From Polyangiaceae bacterium (GTDB lineage Bacteria > Myxococcota_A > Polyangia > Polyangiales > Polyangiaceae), in contig JBNKBE010000001.1 of NCBI GenBank assembly GCA_050287085.1, positions 256,001-320,000 of the forward strand: 64,000 nucleotides of DNA, read 5' to 3'. This document shows positions 28,418-38,093 of the stretch, piece by piece. Under the pieces are notes generated by a model. The model had not been told where the DNA came from, did no database searches, and saw nothing but the letters and a program-made list of their open reading frames with translations. The position numbers were made by a program, and so were the translations under genes. The stretch's first letter is position 1. Each line of letters opens with the position of its first letter.

Positions 28418-29652
28418 GACTTGAGCTTTGGGTCGAGAGCATCGCGCAGCCCTTCCCCAACCAAGTTGAATACGCTCACAACGAAGAAGATGGCCGCCCC
28501 GGGTGCCAACACCAGCCAGAGCTTCTGCTGTTGGCGTCCTGCGTTAAGAGTCTCGCCCCAGCTGGGCACCGTAACATCTCCGACCCCGAGAAACGCGAGC
28601 GAGGACTCTACCAAAATGGCCGAAGCGACACCGAAGGTGGCGCTCACGAGTACCGGCGCCATCGCGTTCGGCAAAATGTGCCGCCACATGATGCGCAGGT
28701 GGGACGCCCCCAAGGCGAGCGCGGCCTGCACGTACTCGAGGTTCTTCTGACGGAGAAACTCCGCGCGCACCAGACGAGCTACTCCGGTCCAACTCGTGAG
28801 TCCAATAATCACCATTACGTGGAATATCGACCGATGTTCGATCAACGCGGCGATCGTGAGAATGAGAAAGAAACTAGGAAAACAGATCATGACCTCGATC
28901 AAGCGACTGATCACGAGGTCGTACTTGCCCCCAAAGTATCCGGCCATGGCCCCCAGCGCCATGCCGATGCTCACGTAGAGAGACACAGCCACCACGCCAA
29001 TCGTAAGTGAGATACGAGTCCCAAACAACATGCGCGTGAACACATCACGCCCCTCCGCATCCGTGCCGAGCCAATGCGACGAAGACGGTGCCTCAACGCT
29101 GCGCGCAGGCTCCGTATCCCGATAGCCAAAGCGAAGCGGTGTAAACACCCCCCATCCCGGCTCAGAAGCGCGGCTTGTGGCGGTAAACGCCGGGATAGCC
29201 GCTTCGTAGTGCAGGGGATTCGTGTGGCCAACAAGCTCCTCGGGTGCCATCGCCAAGGTCAGCACCACCGGAAGCCCCAGGGCCACCCATAGGGCAGTCC
29301 CGCGAAGAGCGCGGCGTGCACGAAACCGAAGCCAAATCCCCGAGGCGAGATAGATCGGAGAAAGAACCAAGAACCAGTTGAAGAGGATATCGACGCTGTT
29401 TTCATACAAGAGCCGATTGAACAAGCTGCCGAGCCACGGAGACGTCAAACGTCCGCGTTCAATCCAAATCAACGGCTGACTACTGGCAAGCAACGGAGCG
29501 AAAACCGCAATGCCAATCAGCAGCAGAACGCACCAGAAGCCAGCGTACGCGAGTCGCTTGTGCTGAAACTCGTGCCATACCATGGCGATGTAGCTGGTTT
29601 CTGGTCCAGGTACTGCATTGCTGCGCAGTTCTTCGCTCGTGGACCCCGTCAT
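28414..29652 (-). CDS. oppC: Peptide ABC transporter permease
   Basis: [33 protein letters not shown]. Confidence 0.92.
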   Translation of the reverse strand: MTGSTSEELRSNAVPGPETSYIAMVWHEFQHKRLAYAGFWCVLLLIGIAVFAPLLASSQPLIWIERGRLTSPWLGSLFNRLLYENSVDILFNWFLVLSPIYLASGIWLRFRARRALRGTALWVALGLPVVLTLAMAPEELVGHTNPLHYEAAIPAFTATSRASEPGWGVFTPLRFGYRDTEPARSVEAPSSSHWLGTDAEGRDVFTRMLFGTRISLTIGVVAVSLYVSIGMALGAMAGYFGGKYDLVISRLIEVMICFPSFFLILTIAALIEHRSIFHVMVIIGLTSWTGVARLVRAEFLRQKNLEYVQAALALGASHLRIMWRHILPNAMAPVLVSATFGVASAILVESSLAFLGVGDVTVPSWGETLNAGRQQQKLWLVLAPGAAIFFVVSVFNLVGEGLRDALDPKLKS

Positions 29653-31097
29653 GAGTAACGAATCCTCGGATCAACCAGGGCATACCCCAGGTCGGTAAGC
29701 AGTATGCCGAGCAACACGAGCACGGTCGAAAGCAACTGCACCGCCATGATCACGTTGTAGTCTCGCTGATAGATCGAATCGATGACCCACAATCCCATGC
29801 CCGGAATGCCGAAGATGTACTCGACGATGACCGAGCCACCGAGCACCGCTGGAAGTAGACCACTGAGCAACGTCAAGATCGGCAGCAACCCATTGCGCAA
29901 GGCGTGCTTGCCGATCACCAGCCGCTCTGGCAACCCTTTGGCATAGGCCGTTCGGACATAGTCGGCGGCAATGACCTCAAGCAGTCCAGAGCGCATGTAG
30001 CGACTGATTGCGGCTAGCGATCCATAGGTCATGCACACCATGGGCAATGTGATATGCCACGCAATATCCCGCAGCCGCCCCATCAAGGTGAGGGTGTTGC
30101 TATCCTGTGACTCGAACCCACCCGTCGGAAACCACCGTAGCATGGGGTAACTGGAGCCCTCGGAGAGGAAGTATAGGAGCAAGGTCGCGACGAAGAACGT
30201 CGGCAGCGAGTACAGCATGAACAGCGTAACTGTGACCGCCTGGTCCGCGGGGGTATCGCGGCGCACCGCTGAAAAGACGCCTAGCGGTATTGCGATGAGA
30301 TAGGCAAGAATCAACGAACCCAGTGACAGTACAAGCGAGTACCGCAGCTTGCCCACCAGCGTATGAGTAACCGGCTCCTTGCTCACGAGTGACACCCCGA
30401 AGTCGAGGCGAACGAGGTTGCTCCAGTAGCGAGCAAAACGCGTATCAAATAGCAGCCGCCGAAGCTTCTCTCCTCGTGTAAGCGCGAAGCGTGCTTGGTG
30501 CTGAGCAAACCACGCCTTCCATCCGTCGACCACCCGCCACTTGTCGTCGTCCGTAGCGTCACGCCTGAAGCGTAGCTCACGGATCTGCGCGTTTTGCGCA
30601 TTGATGCGCTTGTTGGCGGCTCGCGTCTTCGGGTCGGGATTGGGATTGAAACCGTCCTGGAGCGGCTGACGCGCAAGAATGCGCAAGAAGTGAACGGAAT
30701 ACTCGGTCGTTTCGCCCAGCCCCTGCTCCCGCGTCGGCAGCAAGGAGATGAGATAGGGCACGGCGTACTCGCCAAAACTCTCGACCCGTTCCCAGGCACG
30801 CTGCCGTTCCGCGGCATTGGCCTCCGTCTTCAACAGCTGCCTCAGGGCGCTTTGCACGTCTCCCTTCGAGAGCAAGACGTTGGTGTTGAGCAGCGTCGGT
30901 TTATCAAGAGCAAACTGCTCCTTGAAGATTCGATAGGACTCCTGGGTCCCCTGCTCGTTGAGGCGGGCCGCATAGTCGCCATTGCGTGCCGCCCCTGGTT
31001 CACCGGGCGCCAGATTCAACACTACGAATACAATCAGCGAGATTCCGAAGAAGGTCGGAATCATGATGAGTACCCGTCGGAGAAGGTATGCGCCCAT
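29649..31097 (-). CDS. oppB: Peptide ABC transporter permease with a large extracytoplasmic insertion
   Basis: YLLRR..IPTFFGI..LAPGEP, DYVRTAYAKGL, LVDPRIRY; extra soluble segment after TM1. Confidence 0.9.
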   Translation of the reverse strand: MGAYLLRRVLIMIPTFFGISLIVFVVLNLAPGEPGAARNGDYAARLNEQGTQESYRIFKEQFALDKPTLLNTNVLLSKGDVQSALRQLLKTEANAAERQRAWERVESFGEYAVPYLISLLPTREQGLGETTEYSVHFLRILARQPLQDGFNPNPDPKTRAANKRINAQNAQIRELRFRRDATDDDKWRVVDGWKAWFAQHQARFALTRGEKLRRLLFDTRFARYWSNLVRLDFGVSLVSKEPVTHTLVGKLRYSLVLSLGSLILAYLIAIPLGVFSAVRRDTPADQAVTVTLFMLYSLPTFFVATLLLYFLSEGSSYPMLRWFPTGGFESQDSNTLTLMGRLRDIAWHITLPMVCMTYGSLAAISRYMRSGLLEVIAADYVRTAYAKGLPERLVIGKHALRNGLLPILTLLSGLLPAVLGGSVIVEYIFGIPGMGLWVIDSIYQRDYNVIMAVQLLSTVLVLLGILLTDLGYALVDPRIRYS

Positions 31098-33065
31098 CTA
31101 CTCGTTCGTCACTATCCACGGCCGCATGTCGTCGTTGGGGTACACCTTGCTGCGAACGATGTTGCCCACGCGATGGCTCACGCACTCGACCACTTTTACC
31201 GTTGTTAGGAAGGTGTACGCCTGAGCTTCGTAGATCAGGCGATGCAGATGCTGGAACATGGCCTTTCGCTTGTCACTATCAAAGGTCTCCCGCAGTTCCT
31301 CAATGATGCGATCGGCCGCCTTGTTCCGGAATCCCACCCGGTTGGACCCTTTAGGTATGTCCGCCTGGGATGAATGCCACAATTGATAGGGATCTCCATC
31401 CCAAGGCATGACCCAAGCCCCCGTGTAGGCATCAAACTCCTTCTCGTTCATCCGCTTGAGCATCAGGCTCCACTCAGCGGTCACGATGTTCATCTTGACG
31501 CCGATCTTGAGCAGAGCTTCCTTCATGATGTTCGCCAGCGCGGCATACTCTGGCGACGACGCATTGATGAGCAGCGAGAACTCAAAGGGCGTCTTCTGAC
31601 CTCCGATGACCTTGTCCCGAATGCCGTCACCATCAGTATCCACGAAACCCGCCGCCTTGAGCAGAGCCGCGGCCCGAGCTAGGTCGAAATCAAGCGGATC
31701 AACGCCGGGATCCAACTGCCCGCTTTCAGGCAAAAACGGACCATTCGCCACTTCCCCCAACCCCACGAAGACCCGCTCTACCAGCTGTTTGCGATCGATA
31801 GCCAACGTCATGGCGGTCCTCACCCTGGCGTCAGCAAATAGGGGGCGGTCGGCATTCCACCCGATGTAGCGGTAGATCGGCTGCGGCTCAGGCCTACAGC
31901 TCAGCTTTCCGTTGTGAAATGGACTGCTACGCGGACGCTGCGCCTGGGGCACGCTTTGGTAGTCGAGGATTTCTTGGCGATACTGGCTCGCCGTCAGATC
32001 CCCGCGATCTAGCTCGCCCGCCTTCAGACGCAGGCGCGTCTGCTCGCGATCGGTATATATCGGAAAACGCAGTTCGCGAATCGCCGGATGATCTCCATAG
32101 AACTGCTCATTGCGCTTGATAACGATACGCGACCCCGGCACGTATTCGGTCATCGTGTAGGGGCCGATGCCGAGCATGCCTTTAGCAGCAAACCAGTGCT
32201 GGTTGATACGCAGCCCCAGCGTCGCTTCGTCCATGGGCTTGCCCGCCTCGTCAAAGGCGAATATGTGCCGGGGTAGAGGCTGCAGACTAAGCGCGAGCTC
32301 CGTGTTCGCGTAGGCCTTCTTCTTGAACCGCAACTGAAGGGTGTAGTCGTCCAACGCCTTCCAGCTCTCCAGATCTTCGTAGTAATTCTTGGCGAAGCCG
32401 TTTTCGACCTGAGGGTTCATCAGCATGTCCAGGTAGAACACGAAGTCTTGGCTGGTGAGCGGGCGAGTGCCCTTCAGCCACGCGTACTGCGCGTCCTGGA
32501 GGGGCAGCATGACCGGCTCTGGCCACTCCACACCCCGCCGCAGATAGATTGTGAACTCCTTGGCGTCGTCGGTGACCTCCACGCGACACGCGAGCTCCCC
32601 ATACCAGGTGTCAGGATCGCTGAACCGGTTTCGTGAGGCCAACGAGGTCGAGGTATAGTGAGCCAGCACACTGACCTCTGCGGCATTCACTGTGAGCGGG
32701 TTGAAGCTCACAGGATCGCCGGAGTCCCAGCCCACGGAGAGCGCCCCGTCCCTCGGAGCTCCGGGGGGCGGCCAACGTGTCTGCTGCTCACCCAATAGAT
32801 TCTTCACTTCGGGATGCAACACGTTTTCGACAGCACACCCACGCTGACTCGCTGGCGCCGCAGTGGTGGTCCCGACCGACACGCCGCCAGACGACAGCTT
32901 CGCCTCCATGCGCTCAGTAACCTCACCCAAGGCGCGAATCGCCCCCTCCTGTTGGATGAGTCGCTGCTCGATCGCATCGAGCGCGAAGAGGGAGAAACCT
33001 GCGAGAAGCACCAGCACTGCGAGAGCGCCGGTCACAAACCAGTTGATTGAGTTGGATCGGGGCAT
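31098..33065 (-). CDS. oppA: Peptide ABC transporter substrate-binding protein (family 5)
   Basis: DPVSFNP, GIGPY, YIGWNADRPLFADARVRTAM, DPYQLWHS; N-terminal TM helix and coiled coil. Confidence 0.9.
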   Translation of the reverse strand: MPRSNSINWFVTGALAVLVLLAGFSLFALDAIEQRLIQQEGAIRALGEVTERMEAKLSSGGVSVGTTTAAPASQRGCAVENVLHPEVKNLLGEQQTRWPPPGAPRDGALSVGWDSGDPVSFNPLTVNAAEVSVLAHYTSTSLASRNRFSDPDTWYGELACRVEVTDDAKEFTIYLRRGVEWPEPVMLPLQDAQYAWLKGTRPLTSQDFVFYLDMLMNPQVENGFAKNYYEDLESWKALDDYTLQLRFKKKAYANTELALSLQPLPRHIFAFDEAGKPMDEATLGLRINQHWFAAKGMLGIGPYTMTEYVPGSRIVIKRNEQFYGDHPAIRELRFPIYTDREQTRLRLKAGELDRGDLTASQYRQEILDYQSVPQAQRPRSSPFHNGKLSCRPEPQPIYRYIGWNADRPLFADARVRTAMTLAIDRKQLVERVFVGLGEVANGPFLPESGQLDPGVDPLDFDLARAAALLKAAGFVDTDGDGIRDKVIGGQKTPFEFSLLINASSPEYAALANIMKEALLKIGVKMNIVTAEWSLMLKRMNEKEFDAYTGAWVMPWDGDPYQLWHSSQADIPKGSNRVGFRNKAADRIIEELRETFDSDKRKAMFQHLHRLIYEAQAYTFLTTVKVVECVSHRVGNIVRSKVYPNDDMRPWIVTNE

Positions 33066-33150
33066 GCGGTCTTGTGTGAACTAGATGCGAAGTCGGGGGC
33101 GAGTGGCGATCGAATCAGAGGTAGAGGTCAAGCGAGAATAGTGACAGTGG

Positions 33151-34596
33151 CTACAAGGAGATACCAAACTCGCCCCCCAACCCCAGTGCAAACACGACGA
33201 CACCCCCGCCGTTGCCGCTTGGAAGGTTGCGCGTCCGCTCGCCCAGATCGCCCAGGGCGCCCCCTGAGCTCAAACATTCGTTCGGAGAATAGGTTACCTT
33301 GGAAGGCTCGAAGCCGAGGGTGAGCGCAGCGTAGGGCTGCACTCGAAACCAGCTCGCCAAGGGTGTGTTGACCCCTCCGACGAGGCGCAGTCCAGCACCG
33401 CTTGCCGCGATCGACAGGTCACCGGGCTGAGTGCCGCAGTAGTTGGTGCTCCGGTGCTTGAATGCCAGGCGCTGATCGACAACAACACCCAGCTCGCCAA
33501 ACGCCCCCGTGACATGCCGGGCAGAGCCTACCACCAGCGAGATCCCCGCCGTCCGCAATTCAGGCTCCGCGGGCTCCGTCTCGAAGCCGCGGCTCGCAAA
33601 CGGTTGGTAGCCGGACTTGGCTCGAAAGCCGTTCCCTTCAACGAATAGGTTGAAGCCCAAGCGATGAAGGCCCCACCAACGGATGGGCCATTCCAGGGCA
33701 GCAACTAAGCTCAACTGAAGCCCAGCCCCGAAGAGCGAAGCGACGCGCCGGCTCGTCGACTCCATCGGGGCCGCCACTTCAGCGGGCAAGGTTCCTGCCG
33801 GAAAGGCGAGCCCCGCGCGTAGTCCAAGACCGAGAACGGGGCGGGGCTTCGGGGTCGAGGGGGTCGAGGGGGTCGAGGGGGTCGGTGGCGCGACGCGCTC
33901 CGGCGACAATGCGGTGGTCGCCTTCTCGGGCAACCGTTCCAACACCACAACGTGCTCAGTCCGCGTCTTGGGTTGCAGGGTCAGCTCTGCTTGATGGGTC
34001 ACGAACCCTGGCAGTCTGACTTCCAATTGGTGTGCCCCAGGATTCGTAGGACGAGCGAGCCCCAAAGCCTCAAGCGGATAGGGCACGCCGTCCAAAGTGA
34101 CATCGAGGCCCGGCTGTCCGCTGGGCTGCACGCGAGTTACGAGCTGCGGGATCTCGGGATCGAGCTCCGCCAGTTCAGCCCGCGCCTGCGCTATCGCCCG
34201 CGCAAATGCCGGCGGCTCTGAGGCATCGCTTTCGGCAAGTCCGAGCGAGCGAAACAGTTCAGCTGCTTCAACCCACTGTCCCAGCTGGCGCCGGCAACGA
34301 GCAATGTACAAGAGGTGCGGCGGCGCGGCGTAGAGCGCTTGGGCCCGCTCGAGCAGCGCCAGCGCCGACGCGTATTGGCCCGCGCGGTACTCTTCGATAC
34401 CGCGCTTGGCGGCCTCGCGGGCCGTCGCCTTGTCCTGAGCGGAGATCCCCCCCGGAGGCTCGGCCGCGGCCAGGGCTGGGACCCCGAGCCTCCCCAGGAC
34501 GGCGCATGACACCAGAAGCAAAGCCGCCACGCGGGGCCGCGACAAGACGCGCACTCGCAGCCAATAGCAGTAAAAACGCGGGGCCGCTTCGCTCAT
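33151..34596 (-). CDS. Myxobacterial TPR/PEGA-like secreted protein with probable C-terminal beta-barrel
   Basis: Signal peptide, TPR-like AREAAKRGIEEY..LLYIARC, PEGA-like VTLDG..NPGAHQLEV, PST linker, alternating beta-strands. Confidence 0.72.
   Translation of the reverse strand: MSEAAPRFYCYWLRVRVLSRPRVAALLLVSCAVLGRLGVPALAAAEPPGGISAQDKATAREAAKRGIEEYRAGQYASALALLERAQALYAAPPHLLYIARCRRQLGQWVEAAELFRSLGLAESDASEPPAFARAIAQARAELAELDPEIPQLVTRVQPSGQPGLDVTLDGVPYPLEALGLARPTNPGAHQLEVRLPGFVTHQAELTLQPKTRTEHVVVLERLPEKATTALSPERVAPPTPSTPSTPSTPKPRPVLGLGLRAGLAFPAGTLPAEVAAPMESTSRRVASLFGAGLQLSLVAALEWPIRWWGLHRLGFNLFVEGNGFRAKSGYQPFASRGFETEPAEPELRTAGISLVVGSARHVTGAFGELGVVVDQRLAFKHRSTNYCGTQPGDLSIAASGAGLRLVGGVNTPLASWFRVQPYAALTLGFEPSKVTYSPNECLSSGGALGDLGERTRNLPSGNGGGVVVFALGLGGEFGISL
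33851..33884. repeat. 9-bp tandem repeat (GGGGTCGAG x3.8) encoding the PST linker
   Basis: Read directly. Confidence 0.9.
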
Positions 34597-34944
34597 CCGC
34601 GCCCCCGGGGCAGACCCTGCGCCGCGGAGCCCTGCTTGCGTCCAGCACGATGGTGTATCAGCTCTTTCAAAGCAGCCTCAGAACCCGCTCGGCGGGCGCC
34701 CGGCAGTATCGTACGATCCACGTTTGCCGTCTACTTTCGGCTATTTGTCGACAGTGTCGGGGCTGGACCCAGGGACCGGCGCTGCCTCTCGACTTTTCCG
34801 ACCCCACGCGAAGTGCTCCCGCGCTCGAGATGGATTCACCCCTCAGCCGGGGGACAAGCCGCCCAAGAGGGCCTCGGTGCGGACGGCGCCCAGGTGCTCG
34901 GTCCAGCGCTTTAGGGCGCGGCGGGGCGCGCCGTAGATCCGGCC

Positions 34945-35229
34945 ATGCTGAAGCGCGCCCTTTCCGGGACGGCACCCGCCCTGCTAGCGCTCTTGCTGGG
35001 GGCTACCGCGGCGACAGCCAGCGCGCCGCCATGCACCGAACTCGGGGTGCAAAAGTGCAACACGGACTGTCAGCTGCGCTACACCGAATGCTTGCTGGAC
35101 TGCGATGCCGACGTGCCTTGTGAAGAAGCCTGCGTCGAACAGAATAAACAGTGCGTCGCCGGCTGCACACCTTCACCGACACCAGTACCTAGCACTTCAG
35201 GCCCCGAGACCCCACCGCCATCACCTTGA
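34945..35229 (+). CDS. Small secreted Cys-rich protein (four CX3C motifs)
   Basis: Signal peptide, then CNTDC, CLLDC, CEEAC, CVAGC and a Pro-rich tail. Confidence 0.65.
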   Translation: MLKRALSGTAPALLALLLGATAATASAPPCTELGVQKCNTDCQLRYTECLLDCDADVPCEEACVEQNKQCVAGCTPSPTPVPSTSGPETPPPSP

Positions 35230-35270
35230 AATCGCCCCCACGCGCCGTCCATGGCATAGGATGAGCCGTC

Positions 35271-35825
35271 ATGTTCCGCCGACATTGCGCGTCGTCCCTG
35301 CTTGGACCGAAATCCCCCCCTTCGCGCTCCATTCGTGGGTGGAGGGCAAGACGCTTCCCTCCCGCCGCACTGCTTGTTCTCGCCTTCCAGCTCGCGGCGT
35401 GTACAGCCCGCACCCCAAGGACGGCATCAAACGCTGAGGACGACGTCCCTCCTTCCGCCGGAGCTCAGTGCTTGAAGGACGCGGCCGCGGAGCGAAGGCC
35501 ACCGGAAAGCGCAGCGAGACGGATCCACGTCGCTCACATTCTGGTGCGTCATGCTGAGCTCAAAGAAGCACAAGGGGCCAGGCGCACACGAGTCCAAGCT
35601 TGCCTCCGCGCGCTCGCAGCCCTCGATGCACTGGCTGAACCCGACGCGAACTTCGATGCCGTGGCCGCGACCTTCTCCGACTCGAAGAGCGCCGACCTCG
35701 GATGGATCCACGCCGAGGACGTGACGCCCGCCTTCGCTGCGGCCGCCTTTGAGCTAGAGGCGCGAGAGGCCAGCTACGTCGTCGAGACGGATCGCGGCTT
35801 CCACATCATCGTAAGGAAAGAGTAG
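35271..35825 (+). CDS. Parvulin (PpiC)-type peptidyl-prolyl isomerase lipoprotein
   Basis: IHVAHILV, FDAVAATFSD, DLGW, FAAAAF, VETDRGFHII; lipobox LAAC. Confidence 0.88.
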   Translation: MFRRHCASSLLGPKSPPSRSIRGWRARRFPPAALLVLAFQLAACTARTPRTASNAEDDVPPSAGAQCLKDAAAERRPPESAARRIHVAHILVRHAELKEAQGARRTRVQACLRALAALDALAEPDANFDAVAATFSDSKSADLGWIHAEDVTPAFAAAAFELEAREASYVVETDRGFHIIVRKE

Positions 35826-36586
35826 TGAGCAAACCCCAAGCACGTGGCGGGTCAGCCGCGCAGAAACGCTGCGCCGATGCGCTGGTTCGCATCAGTCGCC
35901 GCCTCGCCAGCGCTGTCGATGAACTGCACTTCGACGCGCCCATCACTCACGTCTACAGCCCGCTCGTCTATGCCCGGGCGGCTCATGAACAATACCTAAC
36001 AACCTGGGGCTGGCCCCCCAAGGAAGTCTTGCTGCTAGGAATGAACCCAGGGCCCTTCGGCATGGCGCAGACCGGCGTCCCCTTCGGCGAGGTGAGCGCC
36101 GTCCAGGGCTTTCTCGGCCTCGAGGCAGCGGTCGGCAAACCTGCCACGGAGCACCCCAAGCGGCCGGTCGAGGGCTTCGCATGCACCCGTAGCGAGGTGA
36201 GCGGTAGGCGCTTGTGGGGCTGGGCGCAGGATCGTTTCGAGGGTCCGGGCCGCTTCTTCGAACGCTTTTTTGTACACAACTACTGCCCGCTCGTCTTCAT
36301 GGTGACGACCGGAGCCAACTTCACCCCCGATAAGCTGCCCAAGCTGGAGCGTGAAGCGCTCTTCGCGGCGTGCGATGTGGCCTTGGCCGATACGGTGGCC
36401 GCGCTGCGTCCGCGATGGGTGCTTGGAGTCGGCAAGTTTGCAGAAAAACGGGCCAAGGCCGTACTCGGCCACTTGCCTGTCGAAATCGGCTCGATTCTGC
36501 ACCCGAGTCCAGCGAGCCCCGCTGCGAATCGAGGGTGGTCCGAGGCGATCGAAACACAACTGCACGACTACGGGATCGTACTTTGA
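35825..36586 (+). CDS. SMUG1-family (family 3) uracil-DNA glycosylase
   Basis: LGMNPGPFGMAQTGVPFG, SEVSGRRLW, NYCPL, HPSPASP. Confidence 0.92.
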   Translation: MSKPQARGGSAAQKRCADALVRISRRLASAVDELHFDAPITHVYSPLVYARAAHEQYLTTWGWPPKEVLLLGMNPGPFGMAQTGVPFGEVSAVQGFLGLEAAVGKPATEHPKRPVEGFACTRSEVSGRRLWGWAQDRFEGPGRFFERFFVHNYCPLVFMVTTGANFTPDKLPKLEREALFAACDVALADTVAALRPRWVLGVGKFAEKRAKAVLGHLPVEIGSILHPSPASPAANRGWSEAIETQLHDYGIVL

Positions 36587-36772
36587 GCTTCGCGGCGTTC
36601 CGACCTTGGGGCATGCGAGGGGAAAGTCGGTCGCGCGCCGTCGAGACCGCCGCACAGTGACGAGCCCGACCGCCACGGCAAGTAGATCGGCCGGCGGAGT
36701 ATGGCTTCCCGGCTCGAGGGCCCTGGCTCGTAGCAGTGGCCGAAAGCCCCTGGGTGAACTAGGCTATCAGTC

Positions 36773-37276
36773 ATGATCGAGAAGGAAATCTCGCATATCT
36801 TCGATATCGACCCGGCGAGCTATTGGACCCGATTGTTCTTCAATCAGGAGTACAACGAAGCGCTATTTCTCGGCCGGCTGAAGTTCGAAGCGTGGAAGGT
36901 CGAAAGTCAAGAGGAGGACTCGCAACAGATCCGCCGTGTGGTGTATGCGGTCCCCCCCATGCCCGACTTGCCAGGGCCTTTGCGCAAGGTCCTCAAAGAC
37001 GGCCTGGGCTACCGCGAACGTGGCGTCTTCGACAAGGCGGAGCAGCGCTACCGCACCACCATCGAAACGGCTTCGCTCGCCGACAAGGTCCACGTCTCCG
37101 GTGTCACGCGTACAGAGGCCCGAGGGGATGGTCACTGCGCCCGGATTCACCGCGTCAACGCTGAGGCCAAGATCTTCGGCGTCGGTGGCCTCCTCGAGTC
37201 TCGACTCGTGCACGATCTGGAACGGAGCTATGAAAAAGCAGCCGTGTTCAGCAACCAATGGTTGCTGAAGCATTAG
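36773..37276 (+). CDS. DUF2505-like (START/SRPBCC fold) protein
   Basis: Size and the EAKIFGVGGLLESRLV motif. Confidence 0.65.
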   Translation: MIEKEISHIFDIDPASYWTRLFFNQEYNEALFLGRLKFEAWKVESQEEDSQQIRRVVYAVPPMPDLPGPLRKVLKDGLGYRERGVFDKAEQRYRTTIETASLADKVHVSGVTRTEARGDGHCARIHRVNAEAKIFGVGGLLESRLVHDLERSYEKAAVFSNQWLLKH

Positions 37277-37292
37277 GGCCCGCGGAGGGGTG
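37273..37292 (+). repeat. End motif of the dispersed repeat family (copy D)
   Basis: TTA|GGGCCCGCGGAGGGGTG overlapping a stop codon. Confidence 0.55.
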
Positions 37293-37531
37293 ACGCCTAG
37301 GATGACCGGTGTCGAGCTCTCGCGGTCCGAGCAGAGTGGGTGACCCGCCAAGACACGCTCGCGACGCTCCGTCACACCGAATCCCGTCGGGATCCAAGAA
37401 AGGGCGCACCTCCGCGTTGGCCCGAGCCGCTCACGCGCGAGGTTGGCGGTAGGCTCGAGTCGCGTCCGGGTCCTCGGCCAAGCGCAGGAAGAAGGACGGG
37501 CAAAGGGGCGCACTGCGAATTTCGACCGAGA

Positions 37532-37568
37532 GATGATTTGGCGATGATTTGGCGATGATTTGGCGATG
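37532..37568. repeat. 11-bp tandem repeat (GATGATTTGGC x3.4)
   Basis: Read directly. Confidence 0.95.
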
Positions 37569-37579
37569 CCCTGGGAGTC
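37553..37579 (+). promoter_or_regulatory. SigG/ECF56-type promoter upstream of the DoxX gene
   Basis: CGATGA-N18-GTC. Confidence 0.7.
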
Positions 37580-37608
37580 TCATCCCCAAACGACCCTTTG
37601 GAGCCTCC

Positions 37609-38061
37609 ATGAATACGACTTTCGCCAATTCGAGTTCCCCCCCCGGTCGCCCCGCTTCAGTTTGGGCAGGGCGCGTGATGAGTGGCCAGGTTTCATTGTT
37701 CTTGGCCTGGGACGCTGGCATCAAACTGACGAGGCACCCGATGGCTGTTCAGGGGATGGCCGACCTGGGTTTGCCAGCCTATACGCTGCTCATCGCTGGA
37801 CTGCTCGCGGCGGCCTGCTTGGTTCTGTACCTGGTCCCACGCACGGCGGTGCTCGGGTGCATCCTCTGGACCGGATATTTGGGAGGCGCGATCGCCGTTC
37901 ATCTGAGAGCGGACAACCCGCTGTTTTCGCACACACTGTTTCCCCTCTACGTTGCTGTGTTTCTTTGGGGCGGGTTGGCGCTTCGCGATAGCCGGGTAAT
38001 GGCACTGCTCCGCAGCCCCGAGCGACCCGATTCGAGCTCCGAGGCGCAGATGGAGAAGTGA
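37609..38061 (+). CDS. DoxX-family membrane protein
   Basis: LYLVPRTAVLGCILWTGYLGGAIAVHLR..PLFSHTLFP; ATG 37609 with GGAG RBS. Confidence 0.88.
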   Translation: MNTTFANSSSPPGRPASVWAGRVMSGQVSLFLAWDAGIKLTRHPMAVQGMADLGLPAYTLLIAGLLAAACLVLYLVPRTAVLGCILWTGYLGGAIAVHLRADNPLFSHTLFPLYVAVFLWGGLALRDSRVMALLRSPERPDSSSEAQMEK

Positions 38062-38093
38062 TCCAAACGCTGCTGTGATACTTTGGTGTCTGT

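Noticed and set aside
34206..35123. 305-aa plus-strand ORF
   Set aside because: Arg/Pro/Ala-rich shadow ORF overlapping the TPR/PEGA gene
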